Source: an uncultured Bacillota bacterium (GTDB taxonomy: Bacteria; Bacillota; Clostridia; Oscillospirales; Oscillospiraceae). From it: a DNA stretch of 64,000 nt. Where the stretch lies: contig CANDCW010000002.1 of the NCBI GenBank assembly GCA_947383275.1, positions 19,873 through 83,872 on the forward strand, given 5' to 3'. Below, piece after piece: positions 21,051 through 31,364 of this stretch. The translations under genes were made by a program, and so were the position numbers. Numbering within the stretch: position 1 is the stretch's first letter; each line of letters starts with the position of its first letter. The notes under the pieces are model-generated. The model saw only the letters and a list, made by a program, of their open reading frames with translations, was not told the DNA's origin and searched no databases.

Positions 21051-21680
21051 CTACGGCCTGCACAATTCTTTCAACTGGTCCGGCTCCAGAAGATATATGG
21101 TTCGGTAGCCCAGCCCCACCCATTTCCGCTGTGCGAATTCATTGAGTACCCGGCTGACTGTCACCCGGCTGGCGGAGACGGCGGCGGCAATGTCGTCCTG
21201 GGTGCAGGAGACCGTTCCGTTTCCGGAAGCCAGCGTGAGAAGATAGTTGGCGACCCGCCAGCGGGCGGGGCGGAAGGCCATTTGATCCACCTGGCCCGAC
21301 AGCAGCCGCACCGTCCGGGCCAGGTATTTCATCATAGCCAGGGCCAGTTCCGGGTTGCGGGCGAACTCTTGGGTTACCAATTCCCGGTCGATGGGTACAA
21401 TTTCGCAGGGAGACTGCGCGGCTGCCGAAGATACCCGGGGCAGCTCATCGAAGAAGGAAGCCTCCCCGAAGAGGCTTCCGGCGGTGTAGATGTTGAGGAC
21501 CCTCTCCGCTCCGCCTTCCGATTGAATGAAACTCTTCACTCGCCCGGATTTGAGGAAGTAGAAACAGGTGGCCTCCGTGTCTTGCAAGTAGATGAGGTAG
21601 CCGGGGGAGCACCGCACCGGCGGACGCCCTTTGGCAAACGTTTCCCATATTCCGGCGGGAAAGTCCAGTTCTTGGTTCAT
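21051..21680 (-). CDS. Crp/Fnr family regulator
   Basis: GSLFGE...PR cNMP-binding fold and TQDDIA...SRVTVSRVL HTH. Confidence 0.92.
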   Translation of the reverse strand: MNQELDFPAGIWETFAKGRPPVRCSPGYLIYLQDTEATCFYFLKSGRVKSFIQSEGGAERVLNIYTAGSLFGEASFFDELPRVSSAAAQSPCEIVPIDRELVTQEFARNPELALAMMKYLARTVRLLSGQVDQMAFRPARWRVANYLLTLASGNGTVSCTQDDIAAAVSASRVTVSRVLNEFAQRKWVGLGYRTIYLLEPDQLKELCRP

Positions 21681-21785
21681 GCTCGGCCTCCTAAAAAAAT
21701 TGTTACCATTGTATCATACTTTACATTCTTCCGGCAAGCCCCGTGGTAAAATCCTCTCAATCAAACTGCAAGGAGGAAAAACCCT

Positions 21786-23042
21786 ATGGGAATGACAATG
21801 ACGCAGAAAATTTTAGCCAAAGCAGCCGGGCTGGACAAGGTGGAGCCCGGCCAGCTCATCGAGGCCAGGCTGGACCTGGTGCTGGGCAACGACATCACTA
21901 CCCCCGTGGCTATCACTGAGTTTGAGAAAGCGGGCTTTACTCAGGTCTTTAACAAGGACAAGATCGCTATCGTCCTGGACCACTACACCCCCTGCAAGGA
22001 TATTAAATCTGCCCAGCTGTGCAAGCAGGCCCGGGAGTTTGCCCACAAGCATGCGATCACGAACTTTTTTGATGTGGGCCAGATGGGCGTGGAGCACGCC
22101 CTGCTGCCCGAAAAGGGACTGGCCGCCCCTGGCGAGGTCATCATCGGCGCCGACTCCCACACCTGCACCTACGGCGCCCTGGGGGCCTTCTCCACCGGAG
22201 TGGGTTCTACCGACATGGCCGCTGGCATGGCCACTGGATTGCTGTGGTTCAAGGTGCCATCCGCCATCAAAGTGACGCTGAAGGGCAAGCTCCAGCCCCA
22301 CGTCAGCGGCAAGGACGTTATTCTTCACCTCATTGGTGAGATCGGGGTGGACGGGGCGCTGTACCAGTCCCTGGAATTTGCCGGGGAGGGGGTAGGCTCC
22401 CTGTCCATGGACGACCGCTTTACCATTTCCAACATGGCCATTGAGGCGGGCGGTAAAAACGGCATCTTCCCCGTGGACGAAAAAACCATGGAGTACATCA
22501 ACGGCCGGGTCAACCGTCCCTGTGAGGCATTTTCTGCCGACCCGGACGCCGTCTACGACCGGGAGGTGGTGATCGACTTGGACAAGCTGGAGCCCACTGT
22601 GGCCCTGCCCCACCTGCCCGAAAACACAAAGGTGGTGTCTGAGGTGGCCGGGACGCCCATCAACCAGGTGGTCATCGGCTCCTGCACCAATGGACGTATC
22701 AGCGATTTGCGCATCGCCGCTGCTATTATGAAGGGAAAAAAAGTGGCCGGTAACGTCCGATGCGTGGTCATTCCCGCCACCCAGGAGATTACCCTCCAGG
22801 CCATGAAGGAGGGCCTGATTGAGACCTTCATCCAGGCCGGAGCCGCTGTCTCCACCCCCACCTGCGGCCCCTGTCTGGGCGGACATATGGGCGTGATGGC
22901 CGAAGGGGAGCGCACCGTCTCCACCACCAACCGCAATTTCGTGGGCCGCATGGGCCACACCACCTCTGAGATTATCCTGGCTTCCCCCGCCGTGGCGGCC
23001 GCCTCCGCCATTGCCGGCTGCGTGGCCGACCCCAGAGTTTAA
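21786..23042 (+). CDS. leuC: 3-isopropylmalate dehydratase large subunit
   Basis: [30 protein letters not shown]. Operon with leuD and leuB. Confidence 0.95.
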   Translation: MGMTMTQKILAKAAGLDKVEPGQLIEARLDLVLGNDITTPVAITEFEKAGFTQVFNKDKIAIVLDHYTPCKDIKSAQLCKQAREFAHKHAITNFFDVGQMGVEHALLPEKGLAAPGEVIIGADSHTCTYGALGAFSTGVGSTDMAAGMATGLLWFKVPSAIKVTLKGKLQPHVSGKDVILHLIGEIGVDGALYQSLEFAGEGVGSLSMDDRFTISNMAIEAGGKNGIFPVDEKTMEYINGRVNRPCEAFSADPDAVYDREVVIDLDKLEPTVALPHLPENTKVVSEVAGTPINQVVIGSCTNGRISDLRIAAAIMKGKKVAGNVRCVVIPATQEITLQAMKEGLIETFIQAGAAVSTPTCGPCLGGHMGVMAEGERTVSTTNRNFVGRMGHTTSEIILASPAVAAASAIAGCVADPRV

Positions 23043-23061
23043 CAGAAAGGAACTGAATACC

Positions 23062-23547
23062 ATGAAAGTTTACAAATACGGCGCCAACGTGGATACCGAT
23101 GTCATTATCCCGGCGCGGCACCTGAACGATCCCTCCCCGGCGGCGCTGGCCAGCCACTGCATGGAGGATATTGACAGCAGCTTTGCCTCCACTGTGGAGG
23201 CGGGGGATATCATTGTGGCCGGCCCTAACTTCGGCTGCGGCTCCAGCCGGGAGCACGCCCCCCTGGCTATCAAATCCTGCGGAGTGAAGTGCGTGATCGC
23301 CCCCTCCTTTGCCCGCATTTTCTACCGCAACGCCATCAACATCGGCTTTCCCATTGTGGAGTGCCCCCAGGCAGCGGAGGAAATCCAGGCTGGGGACCAG
23401 GTGGAGGTGGATTTTTCCAGCGGCACCATCACCGATGTGACCCAGGGGAAAACCTGGCAGGCCGCGCCTTTCCCGGCGTTTATTGACGGCATTATTCAGA
23501 GCGGCGGACTGCTCAATTCCCTGAAGCAGCGGGGGGTGGCGAAATGA
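23062..23547 (+). CDS. leuD: 3-isopropylmalate dehydratase small subunit
   Basis: VDTDVIIPAR, NFGCGSSREHA, SFARIFYRN. Confidence 0.95.
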   Translation: MKVYKYGANVDTDVIIPARHLNDPSPAALASHCMEDIDSSFASTVEAGDIIVAGPNFGCGSSREHAPLAIKSCGVKCVIAPSFARIFYRNAINIGFPIVECPQAAEEIQAGDQVEVDFSSGTITDVTQGKTWQAAPFPAFIDGIIQSGGLLNSLKQRGVAK

Positions 23548-24620
23548 ACTACAAAATTGCCCTTATCAAGGGGGACGGCATTGGCCCCGAGGTGGTAGGG
23601 GAAGCGGTCAAGGTGATGGATGCAATCGGAGAAAAGTTTGGCCACACCTTCGAGTATACCGATATTTTAATGGGCGGCTGTGCCATCGATGCGGTGGGCA
23701 AGTCCTACCCGGACGGCACAGCGGAGAAGTGCAGGGCCTGCGACGCCGTCCTGCTGGGGGCGGTGGGCGGCCCTAAGTGGGGCCACTCTACCGACCCGGA
23801 CAAGCGGCCTGAGACCGCTCTGCTGTCCATCCGCAAGGATCTGGGGCTGTATGCCAATCTGCGTCCCGCCGCCCTGCGCCCCGCACTGGCGGAGGCGAGC
23901 CCCCTGAAGAAGGAGACGGCGGACAGAGGGATTGATCTGATGATCGTCCGAGAGCTTACCGGCGGTATCTACTTTGGCAAGCGGGAGCGCTATGCCACTG
24001 AGGATCGTGGTGAGGAAGCCGCCGACCGGATGGCGTACTCGGAGAAGGAGATTGCGCGCATCGGCCGCCGAGCCTTTGAGCTGGCCCGTCTGCGTAAAAA
24101 GAAACTGGCCAGCGTGGACAAGGCCAACGTGCTGGAGACCTCCCGCCTTTGGAGGCAGATTATGCACAATTTGTCCCAGGAATACGCCGATGTTCAGTAC
24201 GAGGATGTGTTGGTGGACAACATGGCCATGCAGTTGGTGAAGGACCCAGGGCAGTTTGATGTGGTGGTCACCGAAAATATGTTCGGCGATATCCTCTCCG
24301 ATGAAGCTTCTATGATTACCGGCTCTATCGGCCTGCTGCCCTCCGCCTCCATTGGCGATACCGCCCCCGGCCTATATGAGCCCATCCACGGTTCCGCCCC
24401 CGACATTGCCGGGCAGGACAAGGCCAACCCCATTGCCACCATTCTGTCGGTGGCTATGATGTTCCGCTACTCCTTCAATCTGCCTGACGAGGCCAAGGCT
24501 ATTGAGGGCGCGGTAGACGCAGTCCTCAACGAGGGCTGGCGCACCGCCGACATTGCCAAGCCTGGGCAAACGGCTGTGGGAACCGTCAAAATGGGTGAGC
24601 TTATCCGGGCGCGGCTGTGA
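23544..24620 (+). CDS. leuB: 3-isopropylmalate dehydrogenase
   Basis: GDGIGPEV, RELTGGIYFG, NMFGDILSDEAS, EPIHGSAPDIAG. Confidence 0.96.
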   Translation: MNYKIALIKGDGIGPEVVGEAVKVMDAIGEKFGHTFEYTDILMGGCAIDAVGKSYPDGTAEKCRACDAVLLGAVGGPKWGHSTDPDKRPETALLSIRKDLGLYANLRPAALRPALAEASPLKKETADRGIDLMIVRELTGGIYFGKRERYATEDRGEEAADRMAYSEKEIARIGRRAFELARLRKKKLASVDKANVLETSRLWRQIMHNLSQEYADVQYEDVLVDNMAMQLVKDPGQFDVVVTENMFGDILSDEASMITGSIGLLPSASIGDTAPGLYEPIHGSAPDIAGQDKANPIATILSVAMMFRYSFNLPDEAKAIEGAVDAVLNEGWRTADIAKPGQTAVGTVKMGELIRARL

Positions 24621-24713
24621 TACTGTTTTCGGCTGGACAAGCGGAACGATTTGACGTATAATGTGGGCGGCGTTGCCAAGCGTCGCCCATTTTTCTGTCC
24701 GGAGGGCTTGACT

Positions 24714-26126
24714 ATGGTATTCAGCAGCTTGATTTTTCTGCTGTTTTTCTTTACTGCGCTGTTTATTTGCTATTTTTGCATCCCCAAGCGGCTGCGCTGG
24801 CTGCGAAACTGCATGCTGCTGGCATACAGCTTGTTTTTCTACCGGTGTGGCGGGGCCGACTATTTGCCGCTGCTGCTGGCCTCCATCCTGGTAAATTATC
24901 TGGGGGGACTGCTGGCCGCTTCTGGCCGTCCTGCGCTGCGGAAGCTGGGGCTGTGGGGCGCGGTGGCCCTGGGATTGGGGCTGCTGGGCTGGTTTAAGTA
25001 TGCCGGATTTGTGGCCGAGAATCTGAACGCTCTGGGTATGCCGGTAGGGGCGCCTAAAATTGTCCTGCCCATCGGGATCTCCTTCTTCACCTTTCAGGGA
25101 CTGAGCTATGTGATCGATGTCTATCGGGGAGACGCCAAATGTCAAAAAAATCCCCTCTATGTGGCCCTCTATGTGGCGCTGTTCCCCCAGCTGGTGGCAG
25201 GACCTATCGTGCGGTACACTACAGTGGAGGAGGAGATTACCAGGCGGGAAGAATCCCTCCACGAGTTTTCCCAGGGCGTAGTGCGTTTCCTATTCGGTTT
25301 GGGGAAAAAGATGCTGCTGGCTAACGCCATGGGAGAGATTGCCGATGGCGTTTTCGCTCAAGCGCCGGAGACGATGGCCGCTGCCTTGGCCTGGGTGGGG
25401 GCGCTGGCCTACACCCTGCAAATCTATTTTGACTTCTCCGCCTACTCCGATATGGCCATCGGGCTGGGGCGGATGTTCGGATTCCATTTTTTAGAGAACT
25501 TCAATTATCCTTACATCTCCCGCTCGGTAACAGAGTTCTGGCGGCGGTGGCATATCTCTCTCAGTTCCTGGTTTCGAGACTATGTGTACATTCCTTTGGG
25601 AGGCAGCCGCTGTTCTCGGGTCCGGAATGTTCTAAACCTGGCGGCGGTGTGGCTGCTGACCGGCTTGTGGCATGGGGCGGCCTGGAATTTTGTTCTCTGG
25701 GGCGGCTGGTTCCTGATCCTGCTGCTGGGGGAGAAGTTCCTGTGGGGCAAAGCCCTGGGCCGGGCCCCCGCTTTTCTGGGCTGGCTGTATACCATGCTGG
25801 CGGCGGTTTTTGGGTGGGTGCTGTTCCGTTCCGCCAGTCTTAGCAGCGCCTTGGGTTACTTCAACGCGATGGCGGGCCAGGGCGGGCCGGCGGATGGACA
25901 GGCGGTTTACTACCTGTTGGAGTACTGGCCTGAGTGGACAGTGGCCCTGATTGCCATGCTTCCGGTAAAGGTGTGGGTTGGGAGATGGCTGGAGGGGTGT
26001 GCAGGCCGGCTTTCGCTCTTGGCGCTGGATTGGGGTCCTAAGCTGGTGGCTTTGGGGCTGCTGGCGGCATCTTACCTGGAGCTGGTCTCAGGCAGCTTTA
26101 ACCCCTTTATCTATTTCCAATTTTGA
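24714..26126 (+). CDS. MBOAT family O-acyltransferase (AlgI/DltB/PatA-like)
   Basis: LPIGISFFTFQ, YFDFSAYSDMA, FWRRWHISL, GLWHG, NPFIYFQF. Confidence 0.93.
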   Translation: MVFSSLIFLLFFFTALFICYFCIPKRLRWLRNCMLLAYSLFFYRCGGADYLPLLLASILVNYLGGLLAASGRPALRKLGLWGAVALGLGLLGWFKYAGFVAENLNALGMPVGAPKIVLPIGISFFTFQGLSYVIDVYRGDAKCQKNPLYVALYVALFPQLVAGPIVRYTTVEEEITRREESLHEFSQGVVRFLFGLGKKMLLANAMGEIADGVFAQAPETMAAALAWVGALAYTLQIYFDFSAYSDMAIGLGRMFGFHFLENFNYPYISRSVTEFWRRWHISLSSWFRDYVYIPLGGSRCSRVRNVLNLAAVWLLTGLWHGAAWNFVLWGGWFLILLLGEKFLWGKALGRAPAFLGWLYTMLAAVFGWVLFRSASLSSALGYFNAMAGQGGPADGQAVYYLLEYWPEWTVALIAMLPVKVWVGRWLEGCAGRLSLLALDWGPKLVALGLLAASYLELVSGSFNPFIYFQF

Positions 26127-26141
26127 GGAGGAGGGCCGGGC

Positions 26142-27329
26142 ATGAAACGATTTAAGGCGTCAGAGCTGTTTGTCAGCGTCTGCTTCCTGGCCTTTCTCTT
26201 TGGGGCAATGACTGTTACTGTGGCGCGGGAGAAGGCGGAGTATTCCTTCTATGAGAACCGCATGCTGGCGTCTATCCCGGAGTACACGGCCGAGGCAGAT
26301 GGAAATGGAAGTTATGTTAATCAGTGGGAGAAGTACCTCTCTGATCACGCCGCACTGCGCAGCACACTACTCAAGGTGAAAACACGCTTGGACCTGGCAC
26401 TCCGGCGCCCGGTCGTCAATGAGACAGTGATCGGAGACGGCATCCTTTTGCCCTACCTCCCGGCTCAGCGGGTGAACGGCGAAGAGATTGCCGCCCAGGC
26501 CCGTGCCATGGCGGATAACTTAAAGGGTATTCAAGATGTGGTGGCCGGCTATGGCGGCTACTACTGTTACGTCTGCGTCACCTGCCAGTATGACTACTAT
26601 CCGGATCGGTATCCCGGTTTCCTGGACAACTGGGCGGAGCAGACCCGCCTATCCCGGGAAAAGCTGGCCCAGGCCATGGAGGAGCGCGAAGTTGACTTTT
26701 TGGACTTGTCCGCCGCCTTTGCGGAGCTGGGCCATCCGGAGGAATACAGCTCACGGGTAGACAATCACTACAGTATGCAGGGGGCATTTTATGTCTACCA
26801 GCGGATTCTGGAGCGCGTTGTGGAGCGCACCGGTATGGACATCCCAATTCTTCGGGAAAGGGATGTCATATTCGAAGAACTGCCCAATCAATATTTGGGC
26901 TCTCGGGAGCGGAAGCTGTTAGGTCAAGTAGATTTGGAGGAGCATTTGTACGCCCTTTGGCCCAAGGAGGAGATTCCCTTTACCCGGTGGAACGATGGAG
27001 AGGAGGGACTTCCCACCGTCTATGCCATGCCTGCTTCCACAGACTCTGTTTTAACCTACGATTTCTATATGGGGGGCGATGTCCCTGAGACGGTTATCGA
27101 CACCGGACGGAAAGATCTGCCCAGCATCCTGATTTACGGCGACAGCATGACCAATGCGGTAGAGTGTGTTATGTATCTCAGCTTTGACAAGATGTACTCC
27201 CTGGATTTGCGCCATTACCACGACATGAGCCTTACGGACTACATCAAGCTGGTCAAGCCGGATGTGGTGGTGTGCATTCGGGACCCGGAGGTTCTTCTGC
27301 TCCAGGAGGCCAACGGGGGAGCGTCTTAA
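26142..27329 (+). CDS. DHHW/AlgJ-AlgX-like extracellular O-acetyltransferase partner
   Basis: N-terminal anchor, ENR.LA, DNHY (DHHW-like), GDS. Follows the MBOAT gene. Confidence 0.75.
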   Translation: MKRFKASELFVSVCFLAFLFGAMTVTVAREKAEYSFYENRMLASIPEYTAEADGNGSYVNQWEKYLSDHAALRSTLLKVKTRLDLALRRPVVNETVIGDGILLPYLPAQRVNGEEIAAQARAMADNLKGIQDVVAGYGGYYCYVCVTCQYDYYPDRYPGFLDNWAEQTRLSREKLAQAMEEREVDFLDLSAAFAELGHPEEYSSRVDNHYSMQGAFYVYQRILERVVERTGMDIPILRERDVIFEELPNQYLGSRERKLLGQVDLEEHLYALWPKEEIPFTRWNDGEEGLPTVYAMPASTDSVLTYDFYMGGDVPETVIDTGRKDLPSILIYGDSMTNAVECVMYLSFDKMYSLDLRHYHDMSLTDYIKLVKPDVVVCIRDPEVLLLQEANGGAS

Positions 27330-27421
27330 AAATCTATGAATTTTTTTCCTGAAGGGTGGTCAAGAGAAGGGGAATGCGCTATAATAAATTGGAGAATACA
27401 GAAGGATAAGAGGTCGATATT

Positions 27422-28858
27422 ATGTTAACTAACCGCTATGAAAGCCCCCTGTCCTCACGCTATGCCAGCGATGAGATGCAGTACATTTTTTCTCCCGATA
27501 AAAAATTTTCTACCTGGCGCCGCTTGTGGGTGGCCTTGGCCCGGGCGGAAATGGAGTTGGGCCTGCCTGTTACCCAGGAGCAGGTAGATGAGCTGGAGGC
27601 CCACATCACTGACATTGACTATGACAAGGCTGCTCAATGGGAGAAGAAGCTGCGCCACGATGTAATGGCCCACGTCCATACCTACGGGGAACTATGCCCC
27701 AAGGCCATGCCCATTATCCATTTGGGAGCCACTAGCTGTTACGTAGGGGACAACACCGATGTAATTCTCATGCGGGAAGGGCTGGAGCTGGTCCGGGACA
27801 AGCTGGTCCGGGTGCTGGCGCATCTGAGAGGATTCGCTGACAAGTATAAAGCCTTGCCTACCCTTGGATTTACCCACTTCCAGGCAGCTCAGCTGGTCAC
27901 AGTGGGCAAGCGTGCCACCTTGTGGATGAACGAACTGCTGATGGACCTGGAGGAGGTAAACCACCGTATTTCTATGTTGGCTCTTCTGGGCTCCAAGGGG
28001 ACCACCGGGACACAGGCATCTTTTTTGGAGCTGTTTGAGGGCGATCATGAAAAAGTGAAATGTTTAGAGGAAAAGATTGCAAAGGAAATGGGCTTTACAG
28101 CTGTTGTACCGGTTAGTGGACAGACCTATTCTCGTAAGCTGGACTACAATGTGGTATCTACGCTGGCAGGGGTGGCTCAGTCGGCGAGCAAGTTTGCCAC
28201 CGATCTGCGCCTGCTGTGCCACCTGAAGGAGGTGGAGGAACCTTTTGAAAAGAATCAGATTGGATCCTCGGCCATGCCTTACAAGCGAAATCCTATGCGG
28301 TGTGAACGCATCTGCTCCCTGGCCCGGTATGTGATTGTGGACGCGGGCAACCCCGCCGTCACCACAGCCACCCAGTGGTTTGAGCGCACCTTGGACGACT
28401 CCGCCAATAAGCGGCTCAGCGTCCCGGAGGCGTTCCTGGCGACAGACGCTATTTTGAATATCTGGGCTAACGTGGCCTCCGGGCTGGTAGTCCACCCCAA
28501 GGTGATTGAGAAGCATGTGCTGGAGGAGCTGCCCTTTATGGCCAGCGAGAACATTATGATGGACGCCGTCAAGCGGGGTGGCGACCGTCAGGCGCTTCAC
28601 GAGCGTATTCGGGTACTGTCCCAGGAGGCGGGCTGCAATGTGAAGGAGCTGGGCCTGCCTAACAATCTCATTGATCTGATGGCTGCTGATCCGGTGTTCG
28701 GTATGACAAAGGAGGAGCTGTGCGTCCATTTGGACCCGAGCGCCTACATTGGCCGCTGTCCAGAGCAGGTAGATGAGTTCCTGCGGGACTGGGTTGATCC
28801 GGTGCTCCAAAAGTATGCCGAAGCGCTGGACAGGGGCGATACGGAGCTGAACGTTTAA
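27422..28858 (+). CDS. purB: Adenylosuccinate lyase
   Basis: SPLSSRY, RHDVMAH, GFTHFQ, GSSAMPYKRNP. Confidence 0.96.
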   Translation: MLTNRYESPLSSRYASDEMQYIFSPDKKFSTWRRLWVALARAEMELGLPVTQEQVDELEAHITDIDYDKAAQWEKKLRHDVMAHVHTYGELCPKAMPIIHLGATSCYVGDNTDVILMREGLELVRDKLVRVLAHLRGFADKYKALPTLGFTHFQAAQLVTVGKRATLWMNELLMDLEEVNHRISMLALLGSKGTTGTQASFLELFEGDHEKVKCLEEKIAKEMGFTAVVPVSGQTYSRKLDYNVVSTLAGVAQSASKFATDLRLLCHLKEVEEPFEKNQIGSSAMPYKRNPMRCERICSLARYVIVDAGNPAVTTATQWFERTLDDSANKRLSVPEAFLATDAILNIWANVASGLVVHPKVIEKHVLEELPFMASENIMMDAVKRGGDRQALHERIRVLSQEAGCNVKELGLPNNLIDLMAADPVFGMTKEELCVHLDPSAYIGRCPEQVDEFLRDWVDPVLQKYAEALDRGDTELNV

Positions 28859-28877
28859 AGAAAGGCGGTAAAAGAGC

Positions 28878-30146
28878 ATGAAACGCAACGATAGGCACCC
28901 ATATTTGGCTGCCGGCCTGACGGCTTTCCTGGTGATCGCGGCGTCGCTGTGCCTCTTTTTCCTGCTGTTCCATTTGCGGGAGGTGACCCGGTTCTTTGAT
29001 AGACTGGGGGCCATTTTGCGGCCCATCTTTATGGGGGCGGTTATTGCGTTTCTGCTGCTGCCTGTCCACCGGGCCATACTTCGTTTCCTCACTGCCATCA
29101 CGCCAGACCAGCGGATGGAGGACCGCAACAGCTATAAATTTTTAAGTTTTATCGCGATTGTCCTGAGCCTGCTATTGGCCCTATTCTTGTTTTATCTGCT
29201 GTTGGCAATGGTCGTTCCCCAGGTGTATGACAGCGTGGTGGGGTTGGTCAACGCCATTCCGGATTATATTGAGGTAGTCCAAGTTTGGCTCCAGCGGTTT
29301 TTTGAGGATAATCCGGATATTCAGAACTCTGTCATATCTCTTTACAGCTCTGCCGCCGTCTCTTTGGAGCAGTGGCTGAACTCCGATGTCCTGCCCAACC
29401 TGGAGTCGGTGTCCACTACCTTCCAGTGGGTACGTACCACGGTTATGCCAAACCTCACTGGTGTGGTGGCTGAGGTGTCTAGCATGCTGATGGGGTTTTT
29501 GATACTGGTGAAGGATCTGTTTATCGCCATTATTGTCTCGGTTTATCTGCTGGCGCGCAAGGACATCTTCGCAGCCCAGAGTAAAAAAATCGTGTATAGC
29601 ATATTTCGCACCGATATTGCGGACTTGATTGTGGGAGAGGTTCGGAACGCATATAAGATCATGAGCGGGTTCATCAACGGCAAGCTGCTGGACTCTCTCC
29701 TGATTGGCATCATTTGCTTGGTGTGCTGTAACATCTTCAAATTTCCGTACCCAGCCCTTATCGCTGTTGTGATAGGGGTAACCAATATCATCCCATTCTT
29801 TGGTCCTTTTATTGGAGCTATCCCCTGTGGCCTGTTAATTTTCTTGTCCAATCCCCTTCAGGCGGTCTATTTTGCCATCTTTATTTTGGCCCTTCAGCAG
29901 TTTGACGGCAATATTTTGGGCCCAAAGATTTTGGGTGATTCCACCGGCCTGGCCTCCTTCTGGGTATTGTTTTCCATTTTGCTGTTTGGCGGGCTGTTTG
30001 GGTTTGCCGGGATGGTACTGGGTGTGCCTGTCTTTGCCATGATTTACAGTGTAATCAGCCGCCTGACGGCCTACAGTTTGCGTTCTCGGGGACTGCCTCA
30101 GGATACGGAAAACTACATGGGTAAAACCGGGCCCCTTTCTAAATAG
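28878..30146 (+). CDS. AI-2E family transporter
   Basis: TNIIPFFGPFIG, QQFDGNILGPKILG. Confidence 0.9.
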   Translation: MKRNDRHPYLAAGLTAFLVIAASLCLFFLLFHLREVTRFFDRLGAILRPIFMGAVIAFLLLPVHRAILRFLTAITPDQRMEDRNSYKFLSFIAIVLSLLLALFLFYLLLAMVVPQVYDSVVGLVNAIPDYIEVVQVWLQRFFEDNPDIQNSVISLYSSAAVSLEQWLNSDVLPNLESVSTTFQWVRTTVMPNLTGVVAEVSSMLMGFLILVKDLFIAIIVSVYLLARKDIFAAQSKKIVYSIFRTDIADLIVGEVRNAYKIMSGFINGKLLDSLLIGIICLVCCNIFKFPYPALIAVVIGVTNIIPFFGPFIGAIPCGLLIFLSNPLQAVYFAIFILALQQFDGNILGPKILGDSTGLASFWVLFSILLFGGLFGFAGMVLGVPVFAMIYSVISRLTAYSLRSRGLPQDTENYMGKTGPLSK

Positions 30147-30184
30147 GTAAAACGCCGCCCCTCGCGAGGAGGAGCGGCGTTTGT

Positions 30185-30658
30185 TTACGGTTGTTCCAAC
30201 TTTGCTTTACCGCTGACTTCATCCATATGGACCTGCCACACGGCGGCTGCTGACAGGCTCTGCTCACTGATTGCCTGAAAACCGGCCATGTCGTTGGGAG
30301 TGAGTTTTTGGCATAGGGCCCGAAGAGCGGCGGTTTTTTGGTCAGGGTCAGTGACTTCGCTGGCCGTTCCGGTGACGATGGCAGATTGAAACCATGTGGA
30401 GTACATGGCTGGGGGCACAAAGACGGGCCGGTCGTCCCCCACGAACGTAATACAAACCCGGGGGAATCGGCGCAGCAGACCAACTTTGCGGCCCTCGTGG
30501 GCGCAGTGGAAATAAAGATTGTCTCCCATCCGAACAAAGGACAGAGGCAGGCAATAGGGGGCGGGGCCTCCACTGGAGATCGCGATTACGCCGTGGGTAC
30601 AGCGGTCAATAAGGGCCAGAGCAAAGTCCCGGCTCTGAGCGCGGTCATTTCGTCTCAT
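30185..30658 (-). CDS. Pyridoxamine 5'-phosphate oxidase/NimA-like flavin-binding protein
   Basis: MRR.DR, PYCLPLSF, YFHCA.EGRK, SGK. Confidence 0.85.
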   Translation of the reverse strand: MRRNDRAQSRDFALALIDRCTHGVIAISSGGPAPYCLPLSFVRMGDNLYFHCAHEGRKVGLLRRFPRVCITFVGDDRPVFVPPAMYSTWFQSAIVTGTASEVTDPDQKTAALRALCQKLTPNDMAGFQAISEQSLSAAAVWQVHMDEVSGKAKLEQP

Positions 30659-31184
30659 GATGTTCCTCCTCGGGCTGATCTAACAACCGGATAATATTCA
30701 GATAGAGGGTGGAAGGGGCCTCCTGAAAGACCTGAGCCCAGCGCTGGGCCTGCTCTGGGCTGGGGGCCAGCAGGGCCAGGTGGAGCAGGGGGGAGGTTTC
30801 ATCCTCCAGGGTCAGGTATAAGCTGGCGGTGCCGTCCTCTTTCCGGACAATCTGGCTGCGGACTTGGGCTTCCCTTCGCAGGGCCTCATTTACCTGAATC
30901 AGATTTTCATTGCACCGTTGCCGCACCGACCGGGGCAGGCTGCTCTCGCAGATCTGACTGTTGCGCCGGCCCTTGTCTGTGATGGCATAGCGTTCCCCCT
31001 CCAGAGTCAGCTGGCCGGTGGCCACCATATGGTCCACCGCCTGGGTAAGGGAGAAGTAGTCCACCCCCGCATCGCACAGAGCCAGTTCAAACAGCTGCAA
31101 AAAGGTGATTGGGCCAGCGGCCCGATCCATAATATACAAGACCAACAGCTTCAGGTCCAGATCGTCTTGGATAAATCCGATCAT
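30645..31184 (-). CDS. DUF4364 family protein
   Basis: KLLVLYIM, DYF.L.Q, Y.ITDKG winged helix. Start chosen after an AGGAAGG RBS. Confidence 0.75.
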   Translation of the reverse strand: MIGFIQDDLDLKLLVLYIMDRAAGPITFLQLFELALCDAGVDYFSLTQAVDHMVATGQLTLEGERYAITDKGRRNSQICESSLPRSVRQRCNENLIQVNEALRREAQVRSQIVRKEDGTASLYLTLEDETSPLLHLALLAPSPEQAQRWAQVFQEAPSTLYLNIIRLLDQPEEEHHETK

Positions 31185-31364
31185 AGCGGCGTTCCTTCCT
31201 CTCAGTATCTTTGCATCACTTATTATAGCCTCAAACTGGAAAAAGAGCAAGAGAAAAACCGGCCCTCCTGCACCAAAACCCGCCTGGTACATAAGATGTG
31301 TTGTAAGCAAAACCCCTAATGGGCGCTCAACGCCCATGACCATCCAAATCTAGGAGGGAATTCT

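Noticed and set aside
21681..21785. T-box or attenuator upstream of leuC (and of trpS and gltX)
   Set aside because: The leaders are too short and show no T-box (GGTGGnACCGCG-like) motif or leader terminator.
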